This document shows, piece after piece, positions 1 through 9,446 of a stretch of DNA of 64,000 bases (position 1 is the stretch's first letter; the number at the start of each line of letters is the position of its first letter). The notes beneath the pieces are model-generated. The model was not told the DNA's origin and ran no database searches. It saw only the letters and a list, made by a program, of their open reading frames with translations. The stretch is from Candidatus Curtissbacteria bacterium (GTDB taxonomy: Bacteria; Patescibacteriota; Microgenomatia; Curtissbacterales; GWA2-41-24): positions 18,000-81,999 of the forward strand of contig JACPEV010000003.1 in NCBI GenBank assembly GCA_016183325.1, written 5' to 3'. Position numbers and translations under genes: made by a program.

Positions 1-66
1 TTAATAGGGTGGGCAGTTTTAACGTACCCAAATGTATACTTTATTGCCGGAGTTTTGTCAATATAA
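1..66 (+). CDS. 3' end of a hydrophobic ORF entering from upstream of the window (partial)
   Basis: Frame 1 open from base 1 to TAA at 64-66. Translation ...LIGWAVLTYPNVYFIAGVLSI* is membrane-like. Start lies outside the window. Confidence 0.25.
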   Translation, partial: LIGWAVLTYPNVYFIAGVLSI

Positions 67-90
67 GTCATATCGTCTACAATTCAAGTT

Positions 91-492
91 GTGAACTACA
101 TCGCAATAATTCTTAAGGGTTTTAGTCATGTTTTCTTTCAGGAAAGTATTCTTTTGGGACTGGTGATTGTTGGCGGACTGGCGATGGTTTCACCGATTGC
201 TTTATTGTTAGCATTGGTTGGTAATATCACTGGTTTTTTTACTAGCACACTGCTTGGAGTAAAAAAGCCGATTGTTGAGCTTGGGATTTATGGTTTTAAC
301 GGAGTTCTGATTGGCTGTATGGTGGCATTTTATGTCAAACAGCTTCCGATGGCGGTAGTGATAACTATTGTAACCTCAGCTCTGGCTGCAGCGATTTTTT
401 ATCTATTTTTCCGCAATCAGATTCCGGCTTTTGCCCTACCTTTTACTTTGATGGGATGGCTGATTTTGATGTTACTTAAATACTTTAAGTGA
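91..492 (+). CDS. small integral membrane protein, unknown function
   Basis: 133 aa ORF. Strongly hydrophobic throughout with several predicted TM helices. Confidence 0.4.
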   Translation: MNYIAIILKGFSHVFFQESILLGLVIVGGLAMVSPIALLLALVGNITGFFTSTLLGVKKPIVELGIYGFNGVLIGCMVAFYVKQLPMAVVITIVTSALAAAIFYLFFRNQIPAFALPFTLMGWLILMLLKYFK

Positions 493-500
493 TCGAAGCA

Positions 501-1019
501 CTATCTTTCTAAAATAGGAGGTCCTTCTTTTTCTCTTAAATAGATTTCCCTGCTTCTTCTAGCTGCTTGTAACATTTTATCCTTGTCATTAAGATAGATA
601 ATATATCTCTCTCCTTTGAACCTAATTTTTATGTTGGGATCCGTGACTACTGAAGTTTCTACTCCAGTAACTGGATCGGGTTGGCCATTGACGTGAACTA
701 TCACCTCGGCGGTTTCTGTCCAAAGGCCATCCATTTCCCAGTTTTTAACCAGAGCTAACTCTTCTGGTGAAAGTTGCCAAACTATGCCCCTGACTGATTT
801 ATCTTCGGCAGGTCGAATGCGATAGGCCCTAAAATCCGGACCCCAATCGGCACTTAAAATATTTCTGACCGGTTCTGGAATCTCATCCCACGTTTGGATG
901 CATAGTTCATAGCCATTGAGTCTGGCTGCGTAGCTTTTGGGGATACGGCCAAGAAGTGCTTCCATCATTTCGGAAACACAATTAACTCCGTAGGCGAAAT
1001 ATTCAACTGTATTTGCCAT
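501..1019 (-). CDS. gamma-glutamyl cyclotransferase-like (AIG2/GGCT fold) protein
   Basis: N-terminus MANTVEYFAYGVN resembles the YFAYGSN motif of GGCT/AIG2-like proteins. 172 aa. Confidence 0.45.
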   Translation of the reverse strand: MANTVEYFAYGVNCVSEMMEALLGRIPKSYAARLNGYELCIQTWDEIPEPVRNILSADWGPDFRAYRIRPAEDKSVRGIVWQLSPEELALVKNWEMDGLWTETAEVIVHVNGQPDPVTGVETSVVTDPNIKIRFKGERYIIYLNDKDKMLQAARRSREIYLREKEGPPILER

Positions 1020-1104
1020 GGGGGATATTTTATCCGATTTTGGATATCAATTCAAACTATCGGTTTGGGAGTAAGTTGTGGATCGCTGAAAGATTTTAGG
1101 ATTG

Positions 1105-1512
1105 CTAAACAAATTGCCAGCCCAAATTTTTGCCATACTTTAAGAAATCTTTGTCAAAAGAGAAGATTTTTCCAATATCAAATTTTTGAATAATTGCAAA
1201 GGATGTGCAATCAAAAAAACTGACATTTTTATCTTTGATTTTTTCGAATATGTCGTGGGCTAATCTGTCAATTTGTTGGTCAATAAAAATTATCTTAAAT
1301 TCACTTTTGCGAATTGAGTCTAAAAAGGCTAGCGATTTTTGTTTGGAAAGACGCATGGCCATAATTGTCGCAACTTCATAAATGACGATATTGGAAATAA
1401 CGACTGGTTCGCCTTCATTGGCTAAGTTGCGACTTTTCTCGTAAGCTATTTGGTGATGAATATTGTCCAGATCCCAAATTGCGATGAAGACATTGGAGTC
1501 GACAAAAACCAT
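1105..1512 (-). CDS. vapC: PIN-domain toxin (VapC family)
   Basis: MVFVDSNVFIA... N-terminal acidic PIN motif and a conserved later Asp (FDCTSFAI). 135 aa. Start overlaps the stop of the upstream antitoxin ORF. Confidence 0.7.
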   Translation of the reverse strand: MVFVDSNVFIAIWDLDNIHHQIAYEKSRNLANEGEPVVISNIVIYEVATIMAMRLSKQKSLAFLDSIRKSEFKIIFIDQQIDRLAHDIFEKIKDKNVSFFDCTSFAIIQKFDIGKIFSFDKDFLKYGKNLGWQFV

Positions 1513-1766
1513 TATTTTGCGTATTTGGATTTGTCCCCGTAAAGATAGCGTTTATAATCTTGGGCCAATTTTTTCAGACCGCTTCTGCCAGCTTTCTTGG
1601 CCATGGCCAAAAGAACCGATGCATCCCCTTTTTGCGCAGGAGTTTTGCCAAGTTGCTTATCAATTGTTTCCCTAATGACAGCCGAAAGTGATTTGGCTTT
1701 GCGCCTGGCTTCAAGCTGCAAATGTTGATATTGCTCAAGTCTTAGATTCATCTGCGTCCTAATCAT
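1512..1766 (-). CDS. vapB: ribbon-helix-helix antitoxin (VapB-like)
   Basis: 84 aa with N-terminal beta-strand and helices (MNLRLEQYQHLQLEARRKAKSLSAVIRETI). Translationally coupled to the PIN gene. Tail YLYGDKSKYAK is shared with the antitoxin at 24564-24992. Confidence 0.55.
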   Translation of the reverse strand: MIRTQMNLRLEQYQHLQLEARRKAKSLSAVIRETIDKQLGKTPAQKGDASVLLAMAKKAGRSGLKKLAQDYKRYLYGDKSKYAK

Positions 1767-1838
1767 ACATCTTACATCTTACATCTATAGAGCTCTGTTG
1801 TCAATGCCAAAATCGCCAAAATCGCCCGTGTAGACAAA

Positions 1839-2465
1839 TTAATGACTTAAGCGCACAATTTTGGTGACTTTGGATTTAGGCGACAGACGTTTGGCCGCTA
1901 TTATTTCGATGATGTTTTGGCCATCTTTTAGGGCAAGTTGATAAGAGAAGTTGCCATCGGAATCGACTGGAGCAAATTCGCCGTTTATAGAAACTGTTGC
2001 CTCTTTTTCCGTTTGACCTGAGATAACAATATTGGAGACTTGGGTTGTGAAGTCATCGGGAGGAGTTGTAACTTGCAGTTTCGGACTTTCTAAAATGGAA
2101 GAATATTGGATTACCAAGTAAATAATGAATATGAGAATTGCCAGAGCAGACGCGAAGTTGACGATCCTTTTGGGGGTCAGAAGAAGTTTTTTGGGTTTTT
2201 CGAAAACTGTGGTTTTTGGAGGATACTTTTTTTCATCAAACTCTCTTCTGTAAAGAGCCAAGGTGTGTTGGGCGTCTAACCCCAGATAAGAAGCATAATT
2301 TTGGATAAATCCTCTAACTATCGTCGGTTCTGGCAACTTAACCCAATTTGCGGATTCCAGAGCTTCGAGGAGTTCTTTTTTAATTAAAAGATCACGGGCA
2401 GCTCGCTCAAGGGAGATTCGTTTAGCTTTTCTTTTCGATGAAAGAATTTCAGAAAACGTTGTCAT
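1839..2465 (-). CDS. rodZ: RodZ-like cytoskeleton protein (N-terminal HTH, single TM, C-terminal domain)
   Basis: N-terminal HTH resembling RodZ (KRISLERAARDL...LPEPTIVRGFIQNYASYLGLD), followed by a hydrophobic segment and a C-terminal domain. Confidence 0.55.
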   Translation of the reverse strand: MTTFSEILSSKRKAKRISLERAARDLLIKKELLEALESANWVKLPEPTIVRGFIQNYASYLGLDAQHTLALYRREFDEKKYPPKTTVFEKPKKLLLTPKRIVNFASALAILIFIIYLVIQYSSILESPKLQVTTPPDDFTTQVSNIVISGQTEKEATVSINGEFAPVDSDGNFSYQLALKDGQNIIEIIAAKRLSPKSKVTKIVRLSH

Positions 2466-2480
2466 TATTTGTTGAACAAT

Positions 2481-4562
2481 TTATGAAGCTTGAGTTTGAG
2501 TTTGTAGAAACTCCTCAGCGTTTTTAACCAGAACGTCACGCGGTTTTGAACCTTCACCGGGGCCGACGATACCGGCTGACTCAAGTTCGTCCAAAAGTCT
2601 AGCTGCCCTGGCATAACCGATTCTTAGTCTTCTTTGAAGAAGAGAGGCGGAAGCTCGATCATACTGGCAAATTGTTCTGACTGCTTCTTCGAATAGATCA
2701 TCATGTGATCCGGCTACGCCGAACATTTTACCGACGGGAATTTGAGTGACTTCTTCGGTGTATTCAGGAGCAAGACCAGATCTTTTGAGAAAGTTAATTA
2801 AATTTCTGATTTCAGTATCCGAGACGAAGACACCCTGGAGCCTCATAGGTTTTGCAGCATCAGGAGGTACGTAAAGAAGATCACCTTTACCTAGAAGTTT
2901 GTCAGCGCCAGGTTGATCGATAATGACTCTGGAGTCAACCATTGAGGAAACATTAAAGGCGACTCGGCAAGGAATATTGGCTTTGATAAGACCGGTTATG
3001 ACGTCGACTGAGGGCCTTTGGGTGGCAATAACCAAATGAATGCCGGTTGCTCTAGCCATAGCGGCAATTCTACAAATGGCGTCTTCTACCTCAACCGGGG
3101 CAAATTCCATCAGATTATGAAGCTCGTCGACGACAATGATAATATAAGGAAGGGCTTGAAAACCAGAAAATTCATTATAGGCAGCAATATTCCTGACTTG
3201 GGCTTCATGAAAAAGCTTGTAGCGTCTATCCATTTCGGCCATAGCCCATTTTAGAGCTGAAAGAATTTTATCCGGCTCGACGATGACTGGAGTCAATAAA
3301 TGGGGAATATCGTTATATTCTGAAAGCTCGACTCTTTTGGGGTCGGCAAGGATCAGTTTAATCTCTTGAGGGCTGGCTCTAAAAAGTAACGTCGCAATGA
3401 GGGCATTTAAAAGCACAGATTTACCGGAACCGGTTGTACCGGCTATTAGAACATGAGGCATCTTGGCAATATCGGCAACGACGATGCTGCCTGAGACATC
3501 TAGCCCTAGACCAACTGCGGTTTTTGATTTATTGGAAAGGAGAACATCACTTGAGAGAATGTTTTTCAGAGGAACAAACTCTGGCGAAATATTGGGAATT
3601 TCGATACCGACTAGAGATTTACCAGGAATGGGAGCCTCAATTCTGACATTGCCTGTAAGTGTAGCTAAAGCCAAAGCAAGATCATTTTGAAGAGCTAGAA
3701 TTTTGGAAAGTTTGGTACCCATGGGAATTTCCAAGGCATATTGAGTCACCGTTGGGCCCAAATTGACTTCGACAACTTTGGCGGCAATTCCGAAACTTTC
3801 GAGGGTTTTCTCTATCGTATGAGCATTTTGTTTTACGTTACCGCGATTAGCGGCAGTGCCGTGAGAATTTGAAAGCAGTGAAAGAGGCGGATACTGCCAA
3901 ATTTGGCCTGGTGGCGGATTGTTAACGATGGTCTGATTTGGGGCAAAAACTTTATCGTTTCTGGGGGTGGGGGGAGATTTTCTAGGAAGTGCGTAGACTT
4001 CTTGCCCAGATTTAGTAATAAATTGGGGTTTACCTATAATTTTTTGTTTGATAAATTTTAGTATATTTTTGATCTTTTGGTAGACTTTAACAATTTGGGC
4101 AATAGCCTGATCCAAGCTGGTATTGAAGGCGATAACTAATGATATAAGAAAGATAAAAAATAAAACAAAAGCCGCTCCGACGGGGGTGAGAAGCGGTGAA
4201 ATTATTAACCAAAGAGACTTACCAAAAAGCCCAGAAAAATTTTGGGATAGTGGAGCAATTAGCCCTATGAGAGATAAAATCGCCGCAAAGAAACCTGCGA
4301 TAACATTTGTTTTGGAAAACCGTGAATTAATATGGAGAAAAGGTAGGCTAATAATAATAGCCAGAGGTGGTAAAAAAATAATCCCTATGCCAAAAAGGTT
4401 GTAAAAATAATCTCTCGTGGCTAGCAGAATTCCGGCTTGCGTGAAGAACGACAAAAATAGTAGAACTGAGAAAGCAAGTACAGTAAAGCCAATAATATTC
4501 ATGATTGTTTTCTTTTCTAACTGAAGAGGTGAGGTTAATTTTGCCTTTCGGTACTTTCTCAT
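2481..4562 (-). CDS. ftsK: DNA translocase FtsK/SpoIIIE
   Basis: N-terminal TM helices, a Pro-rich linker, and a motor domain with Walker A (AGTTGSGKS), Walker B (VVDELHNLM) and a C-terminal winged-helix gamma domain. 693 aa. Confidence 0.9.
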   Translation of the reverse strand: MRKYRKAKLTSPLQLEKKTIMNIIGFTVLAFSVLLFLSFFTQAGILLATRDYFYNLFGIGIIFLPPLAIIISLPFLHINSRFSKTNVIAGFFAAILSLIGLIAPLSQNFSGLFGKSLWLIISPLLTPVGAAFVLFFIFLISLVIAFNTSLDQAIAQIVKVYQKIKNILKFIKQKIIGKPQFITKSGQEVYALPRKSPPTPRNDKVFAPNQTIVNNPPPGQIWQYPPLSLLSNSHGTAANRGNVKQNAHTIEKTLESFGIAAKVVEVNLGPTVTQYALEIPMGTKLSKILALQNDLALALATLTGNVRIEAPIPGKSLVGIEIPNISPEFVPLKNILSSDVLLSNKSKTAVGLGLDVSGSIVVADIAKMPHVLIAGTTGSGKSVLLNALIATLLFRASPQEIKLILADPKRVELSEYNDIPHLLTPVIVEPDKILSALKWAMAEMDRRYKLFHEAQVRNIAAYNEFSGFQALPYIIIVVDELHNLMEFAPVEVEDAICRIAAMARATGIHLVIATQRPSVDVITGLIKANIPCRVAFNVSSMVDSRVIIDQPGADKLLGKGDLLYVPPDAAKPMRLQGVFVSDTEIRNLINFLKRSGLAPEYTEEVTQIPVGKMFGVAGSHDDLFEEAVRTICQYDRASASLLQRRLRIGYARAARLLDELESAGIVGPGEGSKPRDVLVKNAEEFLQTQTQAS

Positions 4563-4634
4563 AAGAGGATTTTGAATATTGACTTACTATTTCCTATTGT
4601 ACAACATTTTGGTGTAAATTGCTATAGGCCAATT

Positions 4635-5708
4635 TTACCAGATTGGAACATACTCCTTAAGATTTTCTGGCGTAATAGTGATTTTGGTGGCTTTGCCTTC
4701 AATTTTTAATTTAGCAAATTTACGACAAATCCCGTTTATGGTCCTATCCAAGGTTCTGAGACCCGCATCAAAACCCAATGGTCTGACAATTTGGTGCCAG
4801 ACTGCATCATCTAGAGAGATGTCGTTTGGAGAAAGACCAGAGGCGATGATGGACCTTGGCAAAAGATAATTTTTACCAATGATGATCTTTTGCTCATCAG
4901 AATAGGATGGCATATCAAGTGTCTCCATTCTGTCCAAGACAGCTGTTGCAATACCTGCGGTGTTATTGGCTGTTGTCACAAACAGGACTTCTGATAAATC
5001 AAATGGGTAATCTATATAGTGATCCAAAAAACTGCTATTTTGCTCAGGATCTAAAAGCTCCACCAAAACCCCCATGATATCGGCTTTTGCTTCTTCGGTG
5101 ACACGGTCAATTTCATCTAGGAGTATGACGGGGTTTTTGGCACCAACCCTTCTTAATACTTTCATAATCTGGCCCGGTTCTGCATCCGGATAGGCACGGG
5201 ATCTGCCGCGGAGTTGCAATGCATCACCCATACCGCCCATGGGAATTCGGCCGAATTTACGTCCAAGAGCTTGAGCAATGGAATAACCCATGGTTGTTTT
5301 ACCAGTGCCAACTAAACCAAGGAGTAACAGTGACGGAGCTTTAGGCCCAGATTGCTTTTGGGCTTGGTTTTTTTTAAGGCTGGCGACAGAGATATACTCT
5401 AGAATACGTTCTTTGACACTTTCTAGTCCATAATGATTGGAATCTAAAACTTTTTTGGCATTTTCCAAGGACAATATTTCTTCACTTCGAGTGCTCCAGG
5501 GAAGATTAACTACCCAGTCTAAATATCTTGCGACAGATTCATATTCTTGGGAATAACCAGATGAAGCAGCTAGTCTTGTGAGTCTTCCTATCATGGCCTC
5601 GGCTTTTTTGCGGAGGTCTTCTGGAATACGAGAATTTAAAAGCTTTTCTTCCAGAATTTGGAGATCTTCCCCCTGGGTTTTTATTTTATCTTGGGCAGGA
5701 GTTTTCAT
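4635..5708 (-). CDS. Lon-family AAA+ ATPase module without LAN N-domain and without S16 protease domain
   Basis: Aligns by eye to E. coli Lon residues about 270-585: YLDWVVNLPW, HYGLESVKERILEY, Walker A GLVGTGKTT, Walker B ILLDEIDR, sensor LDRMET. The ORF ends where the proteolytic domain would begin. No protease ORF follows. Confidence 0.75.
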   Translation of the reverse strand: MKTPAQDKIKTQGEDLQILEEKLLNSRIPEDLRKKAEAMIGRLTRLAASSGYSQEYESVARYLDWVVNLPWSTRSEEILSLENAKKVLDSNHYGLESVKERILEYISVASLKKNQAQKQSGPKAPSLLLLGLVGTGKTTMGYSIAQALGRKFGRIPMGGMGDALQLRGRSRAYPDAEPGQIMKVLRRVGAKNPVILLDEIDRVTEEAKADIMGVLVELLDPEQNSSFLDHYIDYPFDLSEVLFVTTANNTAGIATAVLDRMETLDMPSYSDEQKIIIGKNYLLPRSIIASGLSPNDISLDDAVWHQIVRPLGFDAGLRTLDRTINGICRKFAKLKIEGKATKITITPENLKEYVPIW

Positions 5709-6691
5709 TTTATGTTAATTAAACCAGAAAATTGATTCTCCTTCAAAGCAAATTCAAATTTGTTGATTTTTTGAAGAATTTCTGAAACTTGAGTTTCTTT
5801 ATTAAAAAGTAACTGGTAGAAATCCCCGGTTGCGGGGTTTTGGGTGGTACTTTGGAATAAGATTGCGATTGAGATCTTCTGGCTATTGTCTGATTTAGGA
5901 AATTCAATTGAGTCTGTCTGCTTTAAGTTGGATAATTCCTGCGCGGCTTCATATGAGGAAACGAAAAAAATATCTTGACCTTGCCTAAAAAGAGTGAAGG
6001 TTCTGGGATTGTCCTCTTTTGATAATTTGATTAAATGATAGTCAATATTTTGGCGAGTTTCCTGAAAGTAGACAGGTTCACCGGCAATTTGAACGTTTTT
6101 TAATGTTTCAAAATTAACCCTGTCGTTTTTAAAAATGATGGCCAGATCGGCATTTTGGCCAAAAATAATCAAACACTGGCCGGCCTCCGATGGTAAGTTA
6201 TTATTAAACCAGGCCGCAAACTCCGGGGGTAGAAAAAATCTTGACTTTACAAATTCTTTAAAGTCGGGGGCCGCGACTGCCAAGTTTGTGCTATTGGGAA
6301 TTTTATACTTTCCGGCTGGAAATTCTTTTGAATTTAGGCGTCGTGCTGTTGTGCCTTGAAAATTAACCTCCCCCGAACCCAGGTTAAGCTTTGCTTTTAT
6401 TGGGAGAATAAAAGCAAGTTTGGCTTGCGAGGTTGCATCTAAGCTGAACTCCACGCCTTTTTTGGTGCTTTGCGGCAAATTTAACTTTTCAAGGATTTGA
6501 GAAAATTTATCTTGATCAGTGTCTTGGAGGTTGAAATTTATTTCGAATTTATTATTTTGAGCTTGCAATATCAAAAAACTAGATTTTTGATGCAAACTTT
6601 TAAAATTTAAAAAGGCAATAAAGAGAATTAGAAAAAATGAAAAAATGATGAGTGTCCCCAAAAATATTTTACTGTTTTTGGGGGTGGTCAT
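5705..6691 (-). CDS. membrane-anchored hypothetical protein
   Basis: 328 aa with an N-terminal TM helix. Its start overlaps the Lon-like gene stop by 4 nt (ATGA). No recognisable motifs. Confidence 0.4.
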   Translation of the reverse strand: MTTPKNSKIFLGTLIIFSFFLILFIAFLNFKSLHQKSSFLILQAQNNKFEINFNLQDTDQDKFSQILEKLNLPQSTKKGVEFSLDATSQAKLAFILPIKAKLNLGSGEVNFQGTTARRLNSKEFPAGKYKIPNSTNLAVAAPDFKEFVKSRFFLPPEFAAWFNNNLPSEAGQCLIIFGQNADLAIIFKNDRVNFETLKNVQIAGEPVYFQETRQNIDYHLIKLSKEDNPRTFTLFRQGQDIFFVSSYEAAQELSNLKQTDSIEFPKSDNSQKISIAILFQSTTQNPATGDFYQLLFNKETQVSEILQKINKFEFALKENQFSGLINIK

Positions 6692-6694
6692 TTT

Positions 6695-8884
6695 TTAATA
6701 CCTTTTGGGGGGGCCTCTCCGATCACGTCTGTCATGCTGACCAAATCTCCTGGGAGAGAAACCTTTTCTCTCTCTGGTGGACTGGCGAGCTGCGTCTTGA
6801 CCAAAATTCATAGAAAGGTTAACTCGGCCTTGATCGTCTACTTCTGTTACCCTGACTTTAACCATTTGACCGATTTTGACAATATCTTCAACTTTTTCAA
6901 CTCTGTAGGGTGCAAGTTTTGAAATGTGAACTAAACCTTCTTTGCCTGGAAGGATTTCGACCATTGCGCCAAAGGGCAAAATTCGTCTTACCTGACCTTC
7001 GTAAACTTCTCCCGGCTGAGCTTCTTTGACGATACCTTCGACCCATTGCGCGGCTTTTTGAGCAGCTTCGCGATCTTTACTACTAATAGTCACAGTGCCT
7101 TCATCGTTGATGTCGATGGCACAGCCAGTGGCTGAGATTATTTTGTTAATGGTTCGGCCACCGGAGCCAATCACTTCTCCAATTTTTGCGGGATCAATTT
7201 TGACCAAAATTACTGTGGGCGCATGTGGAGAAATTTTCTCTCTTGATGTGGGAATAGTCGAAAGCAGCTTTTGCAAAATGTTAAGGCGAGCGGTCTTTGC
7301 TTTTTGCAGCGCTTCTTCTATCATTTTTGGTGGCACGCCTTTTAATTTAGTATCCATTTGAATAGCTGTAATGCCATTTTTGGTACCGGCCACTTTAAAA
7401 TCCATGTCGCCCTGGGAATCCTCCTGATAAGCAATATCAGTCAAGAGAAGATATTTTGATTTGTCAGATTTGTCGGTGATAAGACCTATCGAGATACCAG
7501 CAACCGGTTCTTTGATCGGAACTCCTGCATCCATCAAGGCTAGAGTTGAACCGCAGGTTGAGGCCATCGATGTTGAACCGGCTGAAGAGAGAACTTCTGA
7601 AACAACCCGAATGGTATAAGGGAATACGTCCTGAGATGGTAAAACCGGAACAAGAGCTTTTTCGGCCAAAGCACCATGACCGATTTCTCTGCGACCTGGC
7701 GAACCCAGTCTTCTAACTTCTCCGGTAGAAAATGGCGGAAAGTTATAGTGATGCATGTATTTCTTAGTGCCCTCTCCACTCATTCCCTCGATTAGCTGTT
7801 CAAGCGCAGGCGAGGCTAAAGTCAAGATTGAAATGACTTGAGTTTCGCCTCTTTGAAAAAATCCTGATCCGTGGGTTCTTGGCAGCATGCCAACTTTTGT
7901 GGTAATTGGCCTGATCTCATCGGGCGTTCTTCCATCAACACGCTTTTTTGCGGTTAATATTTGATTTCTTAGAAAGTCGGCTACGGCATCATCTAAAATG
8001 TCTTTTAAGTGTTTGGCTGAAATTTCTGAACCTTCCTTAATGAACTCTTCCTCTAGTTTCTGGGCAGATTCACTAAACCAATTTTCATCCTGCACAACTT
8101 GAGGTTTTTCAAGATCCTTAATAATTTCGCCCTCTATGAAATCTTTGATCTTTTTTTCTTGTTCTTGGGATAATTTCTTTGATTCATAAGACTGTTTTTG
8201 ACGACCGGCTTCTCTTGTGAAATCTTCAATTAGTGAAATTATGGTTTGGCCTTCTTTAAGTCCAAACTCTATTGCTTCAAACATAGCTTTTTCTTCCACC
8301 TCTTGTCCTGCTGCTTCTACCATAACGATTTCGTCTTTGGAAGTTGCGAGCACCAAGTCTAAGTTGGAAAATTTCCTTTCTTCTTCCGTCGGGTTAAGCA
8401 TGTAGCCTCCATTCTGGCGGCCTATCCTGACACCAGCGATCGGACCTGTCCATGGAATATCAGAAATAGAAAGTGCAGCTGAAGCTGCAATCAGTGAAAG
8501 GACGTCCGGGTCATTTTCTTGATCTACAGATAAAACCGTGATAACAACTTGAACTTCTGCTTGGTAATCTTTGGGGAATAAGGGTCTAATTGAGCGGTCG
8601 ATGAGCCTTGCAGTTAGAATTGCTTTTTCGCTAGGTCTACCTTCACGCTTGATAAATCTGGAAGTGGAAATTTTTCCGCCAGCGTATAGCCTTTCTTCAT
8701 AGTCAACAGCAAGCGGAAAGAAGTCCACGCTTGGCGCGGCAGGTTGAGAAACGGCGGTAGCTAAAACTACTGTTTCGCCGTAAGTGGCTAAAACTGCTCC
8801 GTTGGCCTGTCCTGCAAGCTCACCAGTTTCAAGGCTCAGTTTTTTACCTGCAATATCAATTTCGCGTTTTACAATTTTTGGCAT
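6695..8884 (-). CDS. pnp: polynucleotide phosphorylase (PNPase)
   Basis: 729 aa with the characteristic N-terminus MPKIVKREIDIAGKKLSLETGELAGQANGAV, two RNase PH-like domains, and KH and S1 C-terminal domains. Sits downstream of rpsO as in the canonical operon. Confidence 0.95.
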   Translation of the reverse strand: MPKIVKREIDIAGKKLSLETGELAGQANGAVLATYGETVVLATAVSQPAAPSVDFFPLAVDYEERLYAGGKISTSRFIKREGRPSEKAILTARLIDRSIRPLFPKDYQAEVQVVITVLSVDQENDPDVLSLIAASAALSISDIPWTGPIAGVRIGRQNGGYMLNPTEEERKFSNLDLVLATSKDEIVMVEAAGQEVEEKAMFEAIEFGLKEGQTIISLIEDFTREAGRQKQSYESKKLSQEQEKKIKDFIEGEIIKDLEKPQVVQDENWFSESAQKLEEEFIKEGSEISAKHLKDILDDAVADFLRNQILTAKKRVDGRTPDEIRPITTKVGMLPRTHGSGFFQRGETQVISILTLASPALEQLIEGMSGEGTKKYMHHYNFPPFSTGEVRRLGSPGRREIGHGALAEKALVPVLPSQDVFPYTIRVVSEVLSSAGSTSMASTCGSTLALMDAGVPIKEPVAGISIGLITDKSDKSKYLLLTDIAYQEDSQGDMDFKVAGTKNGITAIQMDTKLKGVPPKMIEEALQKAKTARLNILQKLLSTIPTSREKISPHAPTVILVKIDPAKIGEVIGSGGRTINKIISATGCAIDINDEGTVTISSKDREAAQKAAQWVEGIVKEAQPGEVYEGQVRRILPFGAMVEILPGKEGLVHISKLAPYRVEKVEDIVKIGQMVKVRVTEVDDQGRVNLSMNFGQDAARQSTRERKGFSPRRFGQHDRRDRRGPPKRY

Positions 8885-9074
8885 TAAATTATTACTTGAG
8901 GATTCTGGGGAGTTAGAAATCGGATAGCGAGAACCAGCTTTTGATTTGCACTATTCAACTTCCAACAACCCACTCCTCTAATTAGTCGTCTAATTTTAAC
9001 TTAAATTTTCTTTTTTTGCAAGTTAATGAGGGCCACAAGGATATTGCCTTATTTGCTTAAACCTATTTTCCCAA

Positions 9075-9115
9075 TTATATCCTTAAGGCCCGCAGTCGAG
9101 TCCTACTCGACGAGG
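9075..9115 (-). promoter_or_regulatory. rpsO terminator / pnp leader hairpin
   Basis: Imperfect palindrome gcagtcgagtcctactcgacgagg lies between the rpsO stop and the pnp start. This is the position of the RNase III-processed leader hairpin in the classical rpsO-pnp arrangement. Confidence 0.4.
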
Positions 9116-9127
9116 ACCGCAAAGATA

Positions 9128-9391
9128 TTATTTGGGCAAACCGATCTTGCCGATAATATCTTTATATCTTTCGGGAGCTTTTCTCATTAGATAGTGCAAG
9201 AGACGACGACGTTTATTGATTATAGAGAGTAAACCCCGTCTTGAATGATCATCGTGTTCGTGAGATTTAAGATGTTCAACTACATTGCCGACTCTTTGAG
9301 ATAAAAGGGCGATTTGAACCTCTGGTGAGCCAGTATCCCCCTCGTGCGTTTTAAATTTATCGATTACCTGTTTTTTAGAAGTTATTGCCAT
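9128..9391 (-). CDS. rpsO: 30S ribosomal protein S15
   Basis: 87 aa. Motifs SPEVQIALLSQRV, HLKSHEHDDHSRRGLLSIINKRRRLLHYL. Confidence 0.95.
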   Translation of the reverse strand: MAITSKKQVIDKFKTHEGDTGSPEVQIALLSQRVGNVVEHLKSHEHDDHSRRGLLSIINKRRRLLHYLMRKAPERYKDIIGKIGLPK

Positions 9392-9446
9392 AAAGATAGT
9401 AACTAGCGACTAGTTTCTAGTGACTAGTCCAGAATAGTACTACAAT

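Noticed and set aside
3018-4404. Plus-strand ORFs (3018-3254, 3434-3690, 4123-4404) inside the ftsK region
   Set aside because: They lie antisense within a well-supported FtsK reading frame and have no motifs. Typical spurious ORFs opposite a long gene.
7095-8405. Antisense ORFs within pnp (7095-7361, 7540-7779, 8217-8405)
   Set aside because: Fully contained in the PNPase gene on the opposite strand or in an alternative frame. Low-complexity translations.
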